From NCBI RefSeq assembly GCF_009914755.1, contig NC_060940.1: a stretch of 64,000 nt of DNA, one strand, 5' to 3'. Positions 27,256-42,203 of this stretch are shown here, piece by piece. Within the stretch, counting starts at the first letter, position 1, and every line of letters begins with the position of its first letter. The notes under the pieces are model-generated. The model was given only the letters and a program-made list of their open reading frames with translations. It was not told where the DNA came from and ran no database searches. Source of the stretch: the human T2T-CHM13v2.0 reference genome, Homo sapiens. The position numbers and the translations under genes were made by a program.

Positions 27256-30200
27256 TCAAGTGCATTCGATGATATCATTCGATTCCATTTGATGATAATT
27301 CCATTTGATTCCATGCGATGTTTCTATTCGATTCCATTCAATGATAATTCCATTCAGTTCAGTGATTCCTCTGGACTCCATTTGATGATGATTCCATTCA
27401 ATGATTCCATTCGATTCTATTCGAAAATGATTCCATTTGAATCCATTTGATGATGATTCCATTAGATTCCATTTGATGATTCCATTCGATTCCATGCGAC
27501 GATGATTCCATTCGATTCCATTTGATGATTCCATTCTATTCTATTCGATGATGATTCCATTCGATTCCATTCGATGATGATTGGATTCGATTCCATTTGA
27601 TGATTTCATTTGATTCCATTCGTTAATGATTTCGATCAATTCCATTCGATGATTCCATTCGATTCCATTCGATAATGATTACATCCGTGTCCATTCAATG
27701 ATTCCATTGGAGCCTGTTCGATAATTCCATTTGAGTCCAACCAATGATTCCATTCATTTCCATTCAATGATTCCATTCGAGTCCATTTGATCATTCCGGT
27801 AGGGTCCATTCGATGTTGATTCCATTGGAGTGCATTCGATGATTCCATTCGAGTCCATTTTATGATTTGATTCGAGTCCTTTCGATGATTCCATTCGATT
27901 CCACTCGATGATGATTTCATTCGAGTCCATTCGACACTTCCAATCGATTCCATTTGATGTTTCCATTCGAGTCCAATTGATGATTCCATTCAATTCCATT
28001 CGATGATGATTCCCTACGATTCCATTCTGTGATGATTCCATGTGATTGCATTCAATGATGATTCCTTTAGATTGCATTCGATTGTGATTCATTTCGTCTT
28101 CATTCTATGGTTCCACAGGTTTCCATTCGTGTCCATTCCATTATTCCATTCTATTCCATTTGATGATGATTCCATTCGATTCTATTCATTGGTGATTCCA
28201 CTCAATTCCATTCAATGATTCCATTCCATTTCTTTCAACAATGATTCCATTAGTTTCTAATCGATGATCCACTTGATTCCATTTGACGACGATTCCATTC
28301 TTGTCCATTCGATGATTCCATTTGATTCCATATGATGATGATTCCATTCGATTCCATACGATGATGATTCCATTCGAGTCCATTCAATGGTGATTCCATT
28401 CAATTCCATTCGATGATTCCTTTCGATTCCATTCGATGATGATGGCATTCGATTCCTTTCAATCATTCCCTTTGATTCCATTCAAAGGTGATTTCATTCA
28501 AGTCCATTCGATAATTGCATTCGATTCCATTCTATGATGATTCCATTCGAGTCCATTTGATGATTCCATTCAATTCAAGTCAATGATGATTCCATTCGAT
28601 TCCATTCGATGATTCCATTGGATTCCATTCGATGATGATTCCATTCAAATCCATTCGATAATTCAATTCAAGTCCATTCGATGATGATTAAAATCGAATC
28701 CATTCAAAGATTCCATTCAGTTCCATTCGATGATTCCCTTAGATTCCATTCGATGATTCCACTTGATTTCATTTACGATGATTCCATTCGATTCCACGTG
28801 ATGATTCCATTCAATTCTATTCAATGCTGTTTCCATTTGATTCCATTCGACCATGATTGCCTTGATTCCATTCAATGACTCCATTCGGTTCCTTTTGATG
28901 ATGATTCCGTTCGATTCCATTTCATTATTCCATTTGATTCCATTGGATGAGTCCATTCGATTACATTCGATGATTATTCCATTCGAGTGCATTAGATGAT
29001 TCCATTCGAGTCCATTCGATGATTCCATTCGATTCCATTCGATGTTGATTCTGTTCAAATCCATTCGATGATTCCACTCGATTCCATTCGATGACTCCAG
29101 TTGATCCCATTCGATGATTTCCTTTGATTCCCTTTGATGATCATTCCATTTGATTCAATTCGGTGATTTCATTTGATTCCATTCAGTGATGTTTCCATTC
29201 GACTCCATTCGATGATGATTCCATTCGACTCCATTCGATTATGATTTCATTCAATTCCATTCGATAATGATTCCCTTCGAGTCCATTCGATGATTCCATT
29301 CGATTCCATTCAACGATGATTTGATTCGTGTCCATTCGATGATTCCATTTTATTCCACTTGATGATGATTCCATTCGAGTCCATTTGATGATTCCATTCA
29401 ATTCCATTCTCCGATGATTTCTTTTGAGCCCATTCAATGCTTCCACTCGATTCCATATGATGATGACTCCATTCGATGAAATTCGATGATGATTCCCTTT
29501 GATTCCATTCAAAGATGATTCCATTCTAGCCCATTCAATCGTTCCATTCGATTCTATTCAATGATGATTCCATTCATGTCGATTTGGTGATTCCATTTGA
29601 CTTCATTTGATGATGATTCCTTTCAAGTTCATTAGATGATTCCATTCGATTCCATTTGATGATGATCCCATTCGAGTCCATTCAGTGATTCCACTCGTTT
29701 CCATTCCATGATGATTCCATTCCATTCCATTCAATGATTCCATTCGATTCCGTTTGATGATGATTTCATTCGAGTCCATTTGATGATTCCATTGGATTCC
29801 ATTCGATGATGATTCCATTCGAGTCCATTCGATGATTCTATTCGAATCCATTTGATGATTTCTTTTGATTATAGTTGGTGATGATTCCATTGGAGTCCAT
29901 TCAATGATTCCATTCGATTCCAATCGATGATGATTCCATTAGAGTCCATTTAATGTTTCCATTTGATTCCAGTCTCTGATGATTACATTCGAGTCCATAC
30001 GATGATTCCACTCAATTCCATATGATGATGATTCCATTCGATTCCATTCGATGATTCCATTCTATTCTATTCAATGGTGATTCCATTCGAGTACATTAGA
30101 TGATTCCATTCGATTCCATTCAATGATGATTCTATTTGTGTCCCTTAGATGATTCCACATGATTCCATTAGATGATGATACTATTTGAGCCCATCCAATG

Positions 30201-32796
30201 ATTCCCTTCGATTCCATTCGATGAGGATTCCATTCGATTCAATTCATTGGTGATTCTATTCAATTCAATTCTTTGATTCCATTCCATTCCATTCGACAAT
30301 GATTCCATTCGATTTCTTTCGATGATTCCACTCGATTCCACTTGACATTGATTCCCTTCGATTCCATTCAATGATTCCATTTGATTCCAGTGGATGATGA
30401 TTGCCATCGATTCCATTCGATCACTCCATTCTATTCTATTTGATGATGATTACATTCGATTCCATTTGACGATTCCATCTGATTCTATTCGAGGATTCCA
30501 TTTGATTCCATTCGATGATGATTCCATTCGAGTCCATTCGATGATTTCATTCGAGTACATCGAATGATTCCATTCGAGTCCATTTGATGATTCCATTTGA
30601 TTCCATTTCATAATGATTCTACTAGAGTCCATTCAATGAGTCCATTGGAGTCCATTCAACAATTCCATTCGACTCCATTTGATGATTCCATTCGATTCCA
30701 TTTGATGATTCCATTCGAGTCCATTTAATCATTACAGTCGAGTCCATTTGGTGATTCCACTGGGTTTCTTTAGATAATGATACCATTCAATTACATTTGA
30801 TAATGATCCCATTCAATTTCATTTGATGATGATTCCCTTAGAGTCCATTCGATGATTTCATTCGAGTCCCCTCATTGATTCCATCCGATTTCATTGGATG
30901 ATGACTCCATTCGAGTCCATTCGATGATTCCACTCGATTCCATTAGATGATTCCATTGGAGTCCATTTGATTGTTCCATTCGATTCCATTCGATTCCTTT
31001 CGAAGATTATTCCATTTGAGTCCATTCGATGATGATTCCATTCCATTCCATTCGATGATTCCGTTTGATTCCATTCGATGATTCCCTTCGATTCCTTTCT
31101 TTGATGATTCCATTCCATTCCATTCAATGATTCCATTCGAATCTATTCCATGATGATTCCTTTCGATTCCATTCGCTGATGTTTCCGTTCAATTCCATTC
31201 GATGATGATTCCATTCGACTCCATTCATTGAGGATTCCATTTGATTCCATTCAATGATGATTCCGTTCTATTCCATTCAATGATTGCATTCAATTCCATT
31301 CAATGATTATCCCCTTAGAGTAAACTCAACGATTCCATTCAATACCATTCGATGATGATTCCTTTTGAGTCCATTCAATGATTTCATTCAAGTCCATTTG
31401 ATGATTCCTTTCAATTCCATTCTATGATGATTCCATTCGAGTCCATTGGATGATTCCATTTGATTGCATTCGATTATTCCATTATATTCCAGTCAACGAT
31501 GATTCCATTCGAGTCCATTCGATGATTCCATTAGAGTACATTTAATGATTGCTTTGTTTTCAATTCGAAGATGATTACATTGGATTCCATTCTATGATAC
31601 CATTCGATTCCATTCAATGATGATTCCACTCAAATCCATTGGATGATTCCATTCGTGTCCATTCGGTGATTTCATTAGATTCCATTCGAGGATGATTCCA
31701 TTCGATGATTCCATTCAATTCCATTCGATGATGATTCCATTCCAGTCCATATGATCATTCCATTTGATTTCATTCGATGATGATTCCATGCGATTCCATT
31801 CGACGATTCCATTCTATTCCATTCGATGATGATTCCATTCGAGTCCATTCGATCATTCCATTCGAGTCCATTTAATGATTCCATTGGGTTCAATTCAATG
31901 ATGATTACATTGGATTCCGTTCTATGATTCCATTCAATTCCGTTCATTGACAATTTGATTCCATTCGATGATGATTCCATTTGAGTTCATTCGATGATTC
32001 TATTCGATTCTCTTCGATGGTGATTCAATTCTATTATATTGGATGATTCCATTCGATTCCATTTGATGTTGATTCAATTCGATTCTATTCGATGATGATT
32101 CCATTGGATTTCACTTGATGATTCTATTCGATTCCATTCAATGATGATTCACTTCTCGTCCATTGGATGATTCCATTTCATTCCATTCGATGATGATTCC
32201 ATTCGATTCCATTCGATGATTCCATTTGATTCCATGCGACGGTGAGCAATTCGATTCAATTCCATGATGATTCTATTTGATTCAATTAGATGATGTTTCC
32301 ATTCGAATCCATTCCATGATTATTCCATTGGAATCCATTCGGCGATGATTCCATATGAGTCAATTCAATGATGATTCCATATGGGTCCGTTCGATGATAA
32401 TTCCATTTGATTTCATTCGATGCTTCTATTCAATTCCAGTTGATGATGATTCCGTTGGAGTCCATACGATGATTCCATTTGATTTCATTTGATGATGATT
32501 CCATTCGATTCCATTCGATGATGATTACATTGGATTCCATTCTATGATTCCATTCAATTCCATTCGTTGATGATTCGATTCCCTTGAATGATGATTCCAC
32601 TTGAATTCATTCAATGATTCTATTCGATTCCGTTCGATGGTGATTCAATTCTCTTATATTGGATGATTCCACTCGATTCCATTTGATGATTATTCCATTG
32701 GAGTCCACTTAGTGAATCCTTTAGATTCTACTCGAAGATGATTCCATTCGAGTCCATTCGATGATACCATTCAATTCCATTCGTTGATGCTTCCAT
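27256..32796 (+). repeat. 5,541-bp unit (570-bp deletion at 29481-29496; -1, -10 and +10 indels)
   Basis: ATTCGATGATGATTCC joins reference ~13677 to ~14247. The indels sum to -571. Confidence 0.85.
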
Positions 32797-35700
32797 TCAA
32801 TTGCATTCGATGATATCATTCGATTCCATTTGATGATAATTCCATTTGATTCCATGCGATGATTCTATTCGATTCCATTCAATGATAATTCCGTTCACTT
32901 CAGTGATTCCTCTGGACTCCATTTGATGATGATTCCATTCAATGATTCCATTCGATTCTATTCGAAAATGATTCCATTTGAATCCATTTGATGATGATTC
33001 CATTAGATTCCATTTGATGATTCCATTCGATTCCATTCGACGATGATTCCATTCGATTCCATTTGATGATTCCATTCTATTCTATTCGATGATGATTCCA
33101 TTCGATTCCATTCGATGATGATTGGATTCGATTCCATTTGATGACTTCATTTGATTCCATTCGTTAATGATTTCGATCAATTCCATTCGATGATTCCATT
33201 CGATTCCATTCGATAATGATTACATCCGAGTCCATTCGATGATTTCATTTGAGCCCGTTCGATAATTCCATTTGAGTCCAATCAATGATTCCATTCATTT
33301 CCATTCAATGATTCCATTCGAGTCCATTTGATCATTCCGGTAGGGTCCATTCGATGTTGATTCCATTGGAGTGCATTCGATGATTCCATTCGAGTCCATT
33401 TTAGGATTTGATTCGAGTCCTTTCGATGATTGCATTCGACTCCACTCGATGATGATTTCATTCGAGTCCATTCGACACTTCCAATCGATTCCATTTGATG
33501 TTTCCTTTCGAGTCCAATTGATGATTCCATTCAATTCCATTCGATGATGATTCCGTACGGTTCCATTCTGTGATGATTCCATGTGATTGCATTCAATGAT
33601 GATTCCTTTCGATTGCATTCGATTATGATTCATTTCGTGTTCATTCTATGGTTCCACAGGTTTCCATTCGTGTCCATTCCATTATTCCATTCTATTCCAT
33701 TTGATGTTGATTCCATTCGATTCCATTCATTGGTGATTCCACTCAATTCCATTCAATGATTCCATTCCATTTCTTTCAACAATGATTCCATTAGTTTCTA
33801 ATAGATGATCCACTTGATTCCATTTGACGACGATTCCATTCTTGTCCATTCAATGATTCCATTTGATTCCAGTGGATGATGATTGCCATCGATTCCATTC
33901 GATCACTCCATTCTATTCCATTTGATGATGATTACATTCGATTCCATTTGATGATTCCATCTGATTCTATTCGAGGATTCCATTTGATTCCATTTGATGA
34001 TGATTCCATTCGTGTCCATTCGATGATTCCATTCGATTCCATTTGATGATTCCATTCGAGTCCATTTAATCATTACAGTCGAGTCCATTTGGTGATTCCA
34101 CTGGATTTCTTTTGATAATGATACCATTCAATTACATTTGATGATGATCCCATTCAATTTCATTTGATGATGATTCCATTAGAGTCCATTCGATGATTTC
34201 ATTCGAGTCCCTTCATTGATTCCATCCGATTTCATTGGATGATGACTCCATTCGAGTCCATTCGATGATTCCACTCGATTCCATTAGATGATTCCATTGG
34301 AGTCCATTTGATTGTTCCATTCGATTCCATTCGATTCCTTTCGAATATTATTCCATTTGAGTCCATTCGATGATGATTCCATTCCATTCCATTCGATGAT
34401 TCCGTTTGATTCCATTCGATGATTCCCTTCGATTCCTTTCTTTGATGATTCCATTCCATTCCATTCAATGATTCCATTCGAATCTATTCCATGATGATTC
34501 CTTTCGATTCCATTCGCTGATGTTTCCGTTCAATTCCATCCGACGATTATTCCATTCGATTCCATTCATTGAGGATTCCATTTGATTCCATTAAATGATG
34601 ATTCCGTTCTATTCCATTCAATGATTGCATTCAATTCCATTCAATGATTATCCCCTTAGAGTAAACTCAACGATTCCATTCAATACCATTCGATGATGAT
34701 TCCTTTTGAGTCCATTCAATGATTTCATTTAAGTCCATTTGATGATTCCTTTCAATTCCATTCTATGATGATTCCATTCGAGTCCATTCGATGATTCCAT
34801 TCGATTGCATTCGATGATTCCATTATATTCCATTCAACGGTGATTCCATTCGAGTCCATTCCATGATTCCATTAGAGTACATTTAATGATTGCTTTGTTT
34901 TCAATTCGAAGATGATTACATTGGATTCCATTCTATGATACCATTCGATTCCATTCAATGATGATTCCACTCAAATCCATTGGATGATTCCATTCGTGTC
35001 CATTCGGTGATTTCATTAGATTCCATTCGAGGATGATTCCATTCGATGATTCCATTCAATTCCATTCGATGATGATTCCATTCCAGTCCATATGATCATT
35101 CCATTTGATTTCATTCGATGATGATTCCATTCGATTCCATTCGACGATTCCATTCTATTCCATTCGATGATGATTCCATTCGAGTCCATTCGATCATTCC
35201 ATTCGAGTCCATTTAATGATTCCATTGGGTTCAATTCAATGAAGATTACATTGGATTCCGTTCTATGATTCCATTCAATTCCGTTCATTGACAATTTGAT
35301 TCCATTCGATGATGATTCCATTTGAGTTCATTCGATGATTCTATTCGATTCTCTTCGATGGTGATTCAATTCTATTATATTGGATGATTCCATTCGATTC
35401 CATTTGATGTTGATTCAATTCGATTCTATTCGATGATGATTCCATTGGATTTCACTTGATGATTCTATTCGATTCCATTCAATGATGATTCACTTCTCAT
35501 CCATTGGATGATTCCATTTCATTCCATTCGATGATGATTCCATTCGATTCCATTCGATGATTCCATTTGATTCCATGCGACGGTGAGCAATTCGATTCAA
35601 TTCCATGATGATTCTATTTGATTCAATTAGATGATGTTTCCATTCGAATCCATTCCATGATTATTCCATTGGAATCCATTCGGCGATGATTCCATATGAG

Positions 35701-36137
35701 TCAATTCAATGACGATTCCATATGGGTCCGTTCGATGATAATTCCATTTGATTTCATTCGATGCTTCTATTCAATTCCAGTTGATGATGATTCCGTTGGA
35801 GTCCATACGATGATTCCATTTGATTTCATTTGATGATGATTCCTTTCGATTCCATTCGATGATGATTACATTGGATTCCATTCTATGATTCCATTCAATT
35901 CCATTCGTTGATGATTCGATTCCCTTGAATGATGATTCCACTTGAGTTCATTCAATGATTCTATTCGATTCCGTTCGATGGTGATTCAATTCTCTTATAT
36001 TGGATGATTCCACTCGATTCCATTTGATGATTATTCCATTGGAGTCCACTTAGTGAATCCTTTAGATTCTACTCGAAGATGATTCCATTCGAGTCCATTC
36101 GATGATACCATTCAATTCCATTCGTTGATGCTTCCAT
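32797..36137 (+). repeat. 3,341-bp unit produced by a local tandem duplication with a two-step junction
   Basis: Landmarks 30891/34232, 31675/35016, 32797/36138 and 33282/36623 all differ by 3341. Jumps of 2,630 and 141 bp at ~33850 and ~34020 sum to 2771 = 6112-3341. Confidence 0.87.
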
Positions 36138-39100
36138 TCAAGTGCATTCGATGATATCATTCGATTCCATTTGATGATAATTCCATTTGATTCCATGCGA
36201 TGATTCTATTCGATTCCATTCAATGATAATTCCATTCACTTCAGTGATTCCTCTGGACTCCATTTGATGATGATTCCATTCAATGATTCCATTCGATTCT
36301 ATTCGAAAATGATTCCATTTGAATCCATTTGATGATGATTCCATTAGATTCCATTTGATGATTCCATTCGATTCCATTCGACGATGATTCCATTCGATTC
36401 CATTTGATGATTCCATTCTATTCTATTCGATGATGATTCCATTCGATTCCATTCGATGATGATTGGATTCGATTCCATTTGATGACTTCATTTGATTCCA
36501 TTCGTTAATGATTTCGATCAATTCCATTCGATGATTCCATTCGATTCCATTCGATAATGATTACATCCGAGTCCATTCGATGATTCCATTTGAGCCCGTT
36601 CGATAATTCCATTTGAGTCCAATCAATGATTCCATTCATTTCCATTCAATGATTCCATTCGAGTCCATTTGATCATTCCGGTAGGGTCCATTCGATGTTG
36701 ATTCCATTGGAGTGCATTCGATGATTCCATTCGAGTCCATTTTAGGATTTGATTCGAGACCTTTCTATGATTCCATTTGACTCCACTCGATGATGATTTC
36801 ATTCGAGTCCATTCGACACTTCCAATCGATTCCATTTGATGTTTCTTTTCGAGTCCAATTGAGGATTCCATTCAATTCCATTCGATGATGATTCCGTACG
36901 GTTCCATTCTGTGATGATTCCATGTGATTGCATTCAATGATGATTCCTTTCGATTGCATTCGATTATGATTCATTTCGTGTTCATTCTATGGTTCCACAG
37001 GTTTCCATTCGTGTCCATTCCATTATTCCATTCTATTCCATTTGATGATGATTCCATTCGATTCCATTCATTGGTGATTCCACTCAATTCCATTCAATGA
37101 TTCCATTCCATTTTTTTCAACAATGATTCCATTAGTTTCTAATCGATGATCCACTTGATTCCATTTGACGACGATTCCATTCTTGTCCATTCGATGATTC
37201 CATTTGATTCCATATGATGATGATTCCATTCGATTCCATACGATGATGATTCCATTCGAGTCCATTCAATGGTGATTCCATTCAATTCCATTCGATGATT
37301 CCTTTCGATTCCATTCGATGATGATGGCATTCGATTCCTTTCAATCATTCCCTTTGATTCCATTCAAAGGTGATTTCATTCAAGTCCATTGGATAATTGC
37401 ATTCGATTCCATTCTATGATGATTCCATTCGAGTCCATTTGATGATTCCATTCAATTCAAGTCAATGATGATTCCATTCGATTCCATTCGATGATTCCAT
37501 TGGATTCCATTCGATCATAATTCCATTCAAATCCTTTCGATAATTCAATTCAAGTCCATTCGATGATGATTCCAATCGAATCCATTCAAAGATTCCATTC
37601 AGTTCCATTCGATGATTCCCTTAGATTCCATTCGATGATTCCACTTGATTCCATTTACGATGATTCCATTCGATTCCATGTGATGATTCCATTCAATTCT
37701 ATTCAATGATGTGTCCATTTGATTCCATTCGACCATGATTGCCTTTGATTCCATTCAATGATTCCATTCGGTTCCTTTTGAGGATGATTCCGTTCGATTC
37801 CATTTGATGATTCCATTTGATTCCATTGGATGAGTCCATTCGATTACATTCGATGATAATTCCATTCGAGTCCATTCGATGATTCCATTCGATTCCATTC
37901 GATGTTGATTCTGTTCAAATCCATTCGATGATTCCACTCGATTCCATTCGTTGACTCCATTTGATCCCATTCGATGATTTCCTTTGATTCCCTTTGATGA
38001 TCATTCCATTTGATTCAATTCGGTGATTTCATTTGATTCCATTCAGTGATGTTTCCATTCGACTCCATTCGATGATGATTCCATTCGACTCCATTCGATT
38101 ATGATTTCATTCAATTCCATTCGATAATGATTCCCTTCGAGTCCATTCGATGATTCCATTCGATTCCATTCAACGATGATTTGATTCGTGTCCATTCGAT
38201 GATTCCATTTGATTCCACTTGATGATGATTCCATTCGAGTCCATTTGATGATTCCATTCAATTCCATACTCCGATGATTTCTTTTGAGCCCACTCAATGC
38301 TTCCACTCGATTCCATATGATGATGACTCCATTCGATGAAATTCGATGATGATTCCATTCGCTTGCTTTCGATGATGATTCCACTTGAGTCCGTTAGAAG
38401 ATTCTATTCAATTACATTCCATGACGATTCCGTTCGAGTCCATTTGATGATTCCATTAGACTCCATTCGACGATGATTCCATTCGATGTTATTCGATGAT
38501 TCCATTCGATCTCATTCGATGATGATTCCATTCAACTCCATTCGATGTTTCCATTCGAGTTCATTCTATTATTCCATTAGATTCCATTCGATGATGATTC
38601 CATTCGATTCCATTTGATGATTGCATTCTATTTCATTTGATGATGATTCCATTCGAGTCTACTCGATGATTCCATTCGAGTCCATTTAATGAATCCATTG
38701 GTTTCAATTCTATGATGATTACATTGGATTCCATTCGTTGATGATTTCATTCGGTTCCATTCAATGATGATTCCATTCAATTCCTTTCAATGTTTCCATT
38801 CAATTCCATACGATGATGATTCCATTTGATTTGTTTCGACAGTGAGCCATTCGATTCAATTCCATGATGATTCTATTTGATTCCATTGGTTGACATTTCC
38901 ATTCGATTCCATTCGATGATGATTCCCTTTGATTCCATTCAAAGATGATTCCATTCTAGCCCATTCAATCATTCCATTCGATTCTATTCAATGATGATTC
39001 CATTCATGTCGATTTGGTGATTCCATTTGACTTCATTTGATGATGATTCCTTTCAAGTTCATTAGATGATTCCATTCGATTCCATTTTATGATGATCCCA

Positions 39101-42100
39101 TTCGAGTCCATTCAGTGATTCCATTCGTTTCCATTCCATGATGATTCCATTCCATTCCATGCAATGATTCCATTCGATTCCGTTTGATGATGATTTCATT
39201 CGAGTCCATTTGATGATTCCATTTGATTCCATTCGATGATGATTCCATTCGAGTCCATTCGATGATTCTATTCGAATCCATTTGATGATATCTTTTGATT
39301 ATAGTTGGTGATGATTCCATTGGAGTCCATTCAATGATTCCATTCGATTCCAATCGATGGTGATTCCATTAGAGTCCATTTAATGATTCCATTTGATTCC
39401 AGTCTCTGATGATTACATTCGAGTCCATACGATGATTCCACTCAATTCCATATGATGATGATTCCATTCGATTCCATTCGATGATTCCATTCTATTCTAT
39501 TCAATGGTGATTCCATTCGATTCCATTCAATGATGATTCTATTTGTGTCCCTTAGATGATTCCACATGATTCCATTAGATGATGATACTATTTGAGCCCA
39601 TCCAATGATTCCCTTCGATTCCATTCGATGAGGATTCCATTCGATTCAATTCATTGGTGATTCTATTCAATTCAATTCTTTGATTCCATTCCATTCCATT
39701 CGACAATGATTCCATTCGATTTCTTTCGATGATTCCACTCGATTCCACTTGACGTTGATTCCATTCGATTCCATTCAATGATTCCATTTGATTCCAGTGG
39801 ATGATGATTGCCATCGATTCCATTCGATCACTCCATTCTATTCCATTTGATGATGATTACATTCGATTCCATTTGATGATTCCATCTAATTCTATTCGAG
39901 GATTCCATTTGATTCCATTCGATGATGATTCCATTCGAGTCCATTCGATGATTTCATTCGAGTACATCCAATGATTCCATTCGAGTCCATTTGATGATTC
40001 CATTTGATTCCATTTGATTATGATTCTACTAGAGTCCATTCAATGACTCCATTCGAGTCCATTCAACAATTCCATTCGACTCCATTCGATGATTCCATTC
40101 GATTCCATTTGATGATTCCATTCGAGTCCATTTAATCATTACAGTCGAGTCCATTTGGTGATTCCGCTGGATTTCCTTTGATAATGATACCATTCAATTA
40201 CATTTGATGATGATCCCATTCAATTTCATTTGATGATGATTCCATTAGAGTCCATTCGATGATTTTATTCGAGTCCCTTCATTGATTCCATCCGATTTCA
40301 TTGGATGATGACTCCATTCGAGTCCATTCGATGATTCCACTCGATTCCATTAGATGATTCCATTGGAGTCCATTTGATTGTTCCATTCGATTCCATTCGA
40401 TTCCTTTCGAAGATTATTCCATTTGAGTCCATTCGATGATGATTCCATTCCATTCCATTCGATGATTCCGTTTGATTCCATTCGATGATTCCCTTCGATT
40501 CCTTTCTTTGATGATTCCATTCCATACCATTCAATGATTCCATTCGAATCTATTCCATGATGATTCCTTTCGATTCCATTCGCTGATGTTTCCGTTCAAT
40601 TCCATTCGATGATGATTCCATTCGATTCCATTCATTGAGGATTCCATTTGATTCCATTGAATGATGATTCCATTCTATTCCATTCAAAGATTGCATTCAA
40701 TTCCATTTAATGATTATCCCATTAGTGTAAACTCAACGATTCCATTCAATACCATTCGATGATGATTCCTTTTGAGTCCATTCAATGATTTCATTCAAGT
40801 CCATTTGATGATTCCTTTCAATTCCATTCTATGATGATTCCATTCGAGTCCATTCGATGATTCCATTCGATTGCATTCGATGATTCCATTATATTCCAAT
40901 CAACGATGATTCCATTCGAGTCCATTTGATGATTCCATTAGAGTACATTTAATGATTGCTTTGTTTTCAATTCGAAGATGATTACATTCGATTCCATTCT
41001 ATGATACCATTCGATTCCATTCAATGATGACTCCACTCAAATCCATTGGATGATTCCATTCGTGTCCATTCGTTGATTTCATTAGATTCCATTCGAGGAT
41101 GATTCCATTCGATTCCATTCGATGATTCCATTCAATTCCATTCGAAGATGTTTCCATTCGAGTCCATATGATCATTCCATTTGATTTCATTCGATGATGA
41201 TTCCATTCGATTCCGTTCGACGATTCCATTCTATTCCATTCGATGATGATTCCATTCGAGTCCATTCGATGATTCCATTCGAGTCCATTTAATGATTCCA
41301 TTGGGTTCAATTCAATGATGATTACATTGGATTCCGTTCTATGATTCCATTCAATTCCGTTCATTGACAATTTGATTCCATTCGATGATGATTCCATTTG
41401 AGTTCATTCGATGATTCTATTCGATTCTCTTCGATGGTGATTCAATTCTATTATATTGGATGATTCCATTCGATTCCATTTGATGTTGATTCAATTCGAT
41501 TCTATTCGATGATGATTCCATTGGATTTCACTTGATGATTCTATTCGATTCCATTCAATGATGATTCACTTCTCGTCCATTGGATGATTCCATTTCATTC
41601 CATTCGATGATGATTCCATTCGATTCCATTCGATGATTCCATTTGATTCCATGCGTCGGTGAGCAATTCGATTCAATTCCATGATGATTCTATTTGATTC
41701 AATTAGATGATGTTTCCATTCGAATCCATTCCATGATTATTCCATTGGAATCCATTCGGCGATGATTCCATATGAGTCAATTCAATGATGATTGCATATG
41801 GGTCCGTTCGATGATAATTCCATTTGATTTCATTCGATGCTTCTATTCTATTCCAGTCGATGATGATTCCGTTGGAGTCCATACGATGATTCCACTTGAT
41901 TTCATTTCATGATGATTCCATTCGATGACGATTACATTGGATTCCATTCTATGATTCCATTCAATTCCATTCGTTGATGATTCGATTCCATTCAATGATG
42001 ATTCCATTTGAGTTCATTCGATGATTCTATTCGATTCCATTCTATGGTGATTCAATTCCCTTATATTGGATGATACGACTCGATTCCATTTGATGATTAT

Positions 42101-42203
42101 TCCATTGGAGTCCACTTAGTGAATCCTTTAGATTCTACTCGACGATGATTCCATTCGAGTCCATTCGATGATACCATTCAATTCCATTCGTTGATGCTTC
42201 CAT
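36138..42203 (+). repeat. 6,066-bp unit (two 23-bp deletions)
   Basis: Landmark spacing 6066. One 23-bp monomer is missing at ~37870 and another at ~39520. Confidence 0.83.

Larger units (their letters stand above)
19313..31518 (+). repeat. 12.2-kb segment duplicated at 50356-62561 (direct repeat, offset 31,043)
   Basis: ORF landmarks from 19525 to 30891 have counterparts at exactly +31043 (e.g. 50568, 52446, 57094, 58299, 59724, 61934), with shared private indels and SNPs. Confidence 0.92.

Noticed and set aside
28681-28878. The only + strand ORF (65 aa), also at 59724-59921
   Set aside because: It is a chance stop-free frame helped by a local 1-bp deletion. It recurs only because it lies within the 31,043 duplication.
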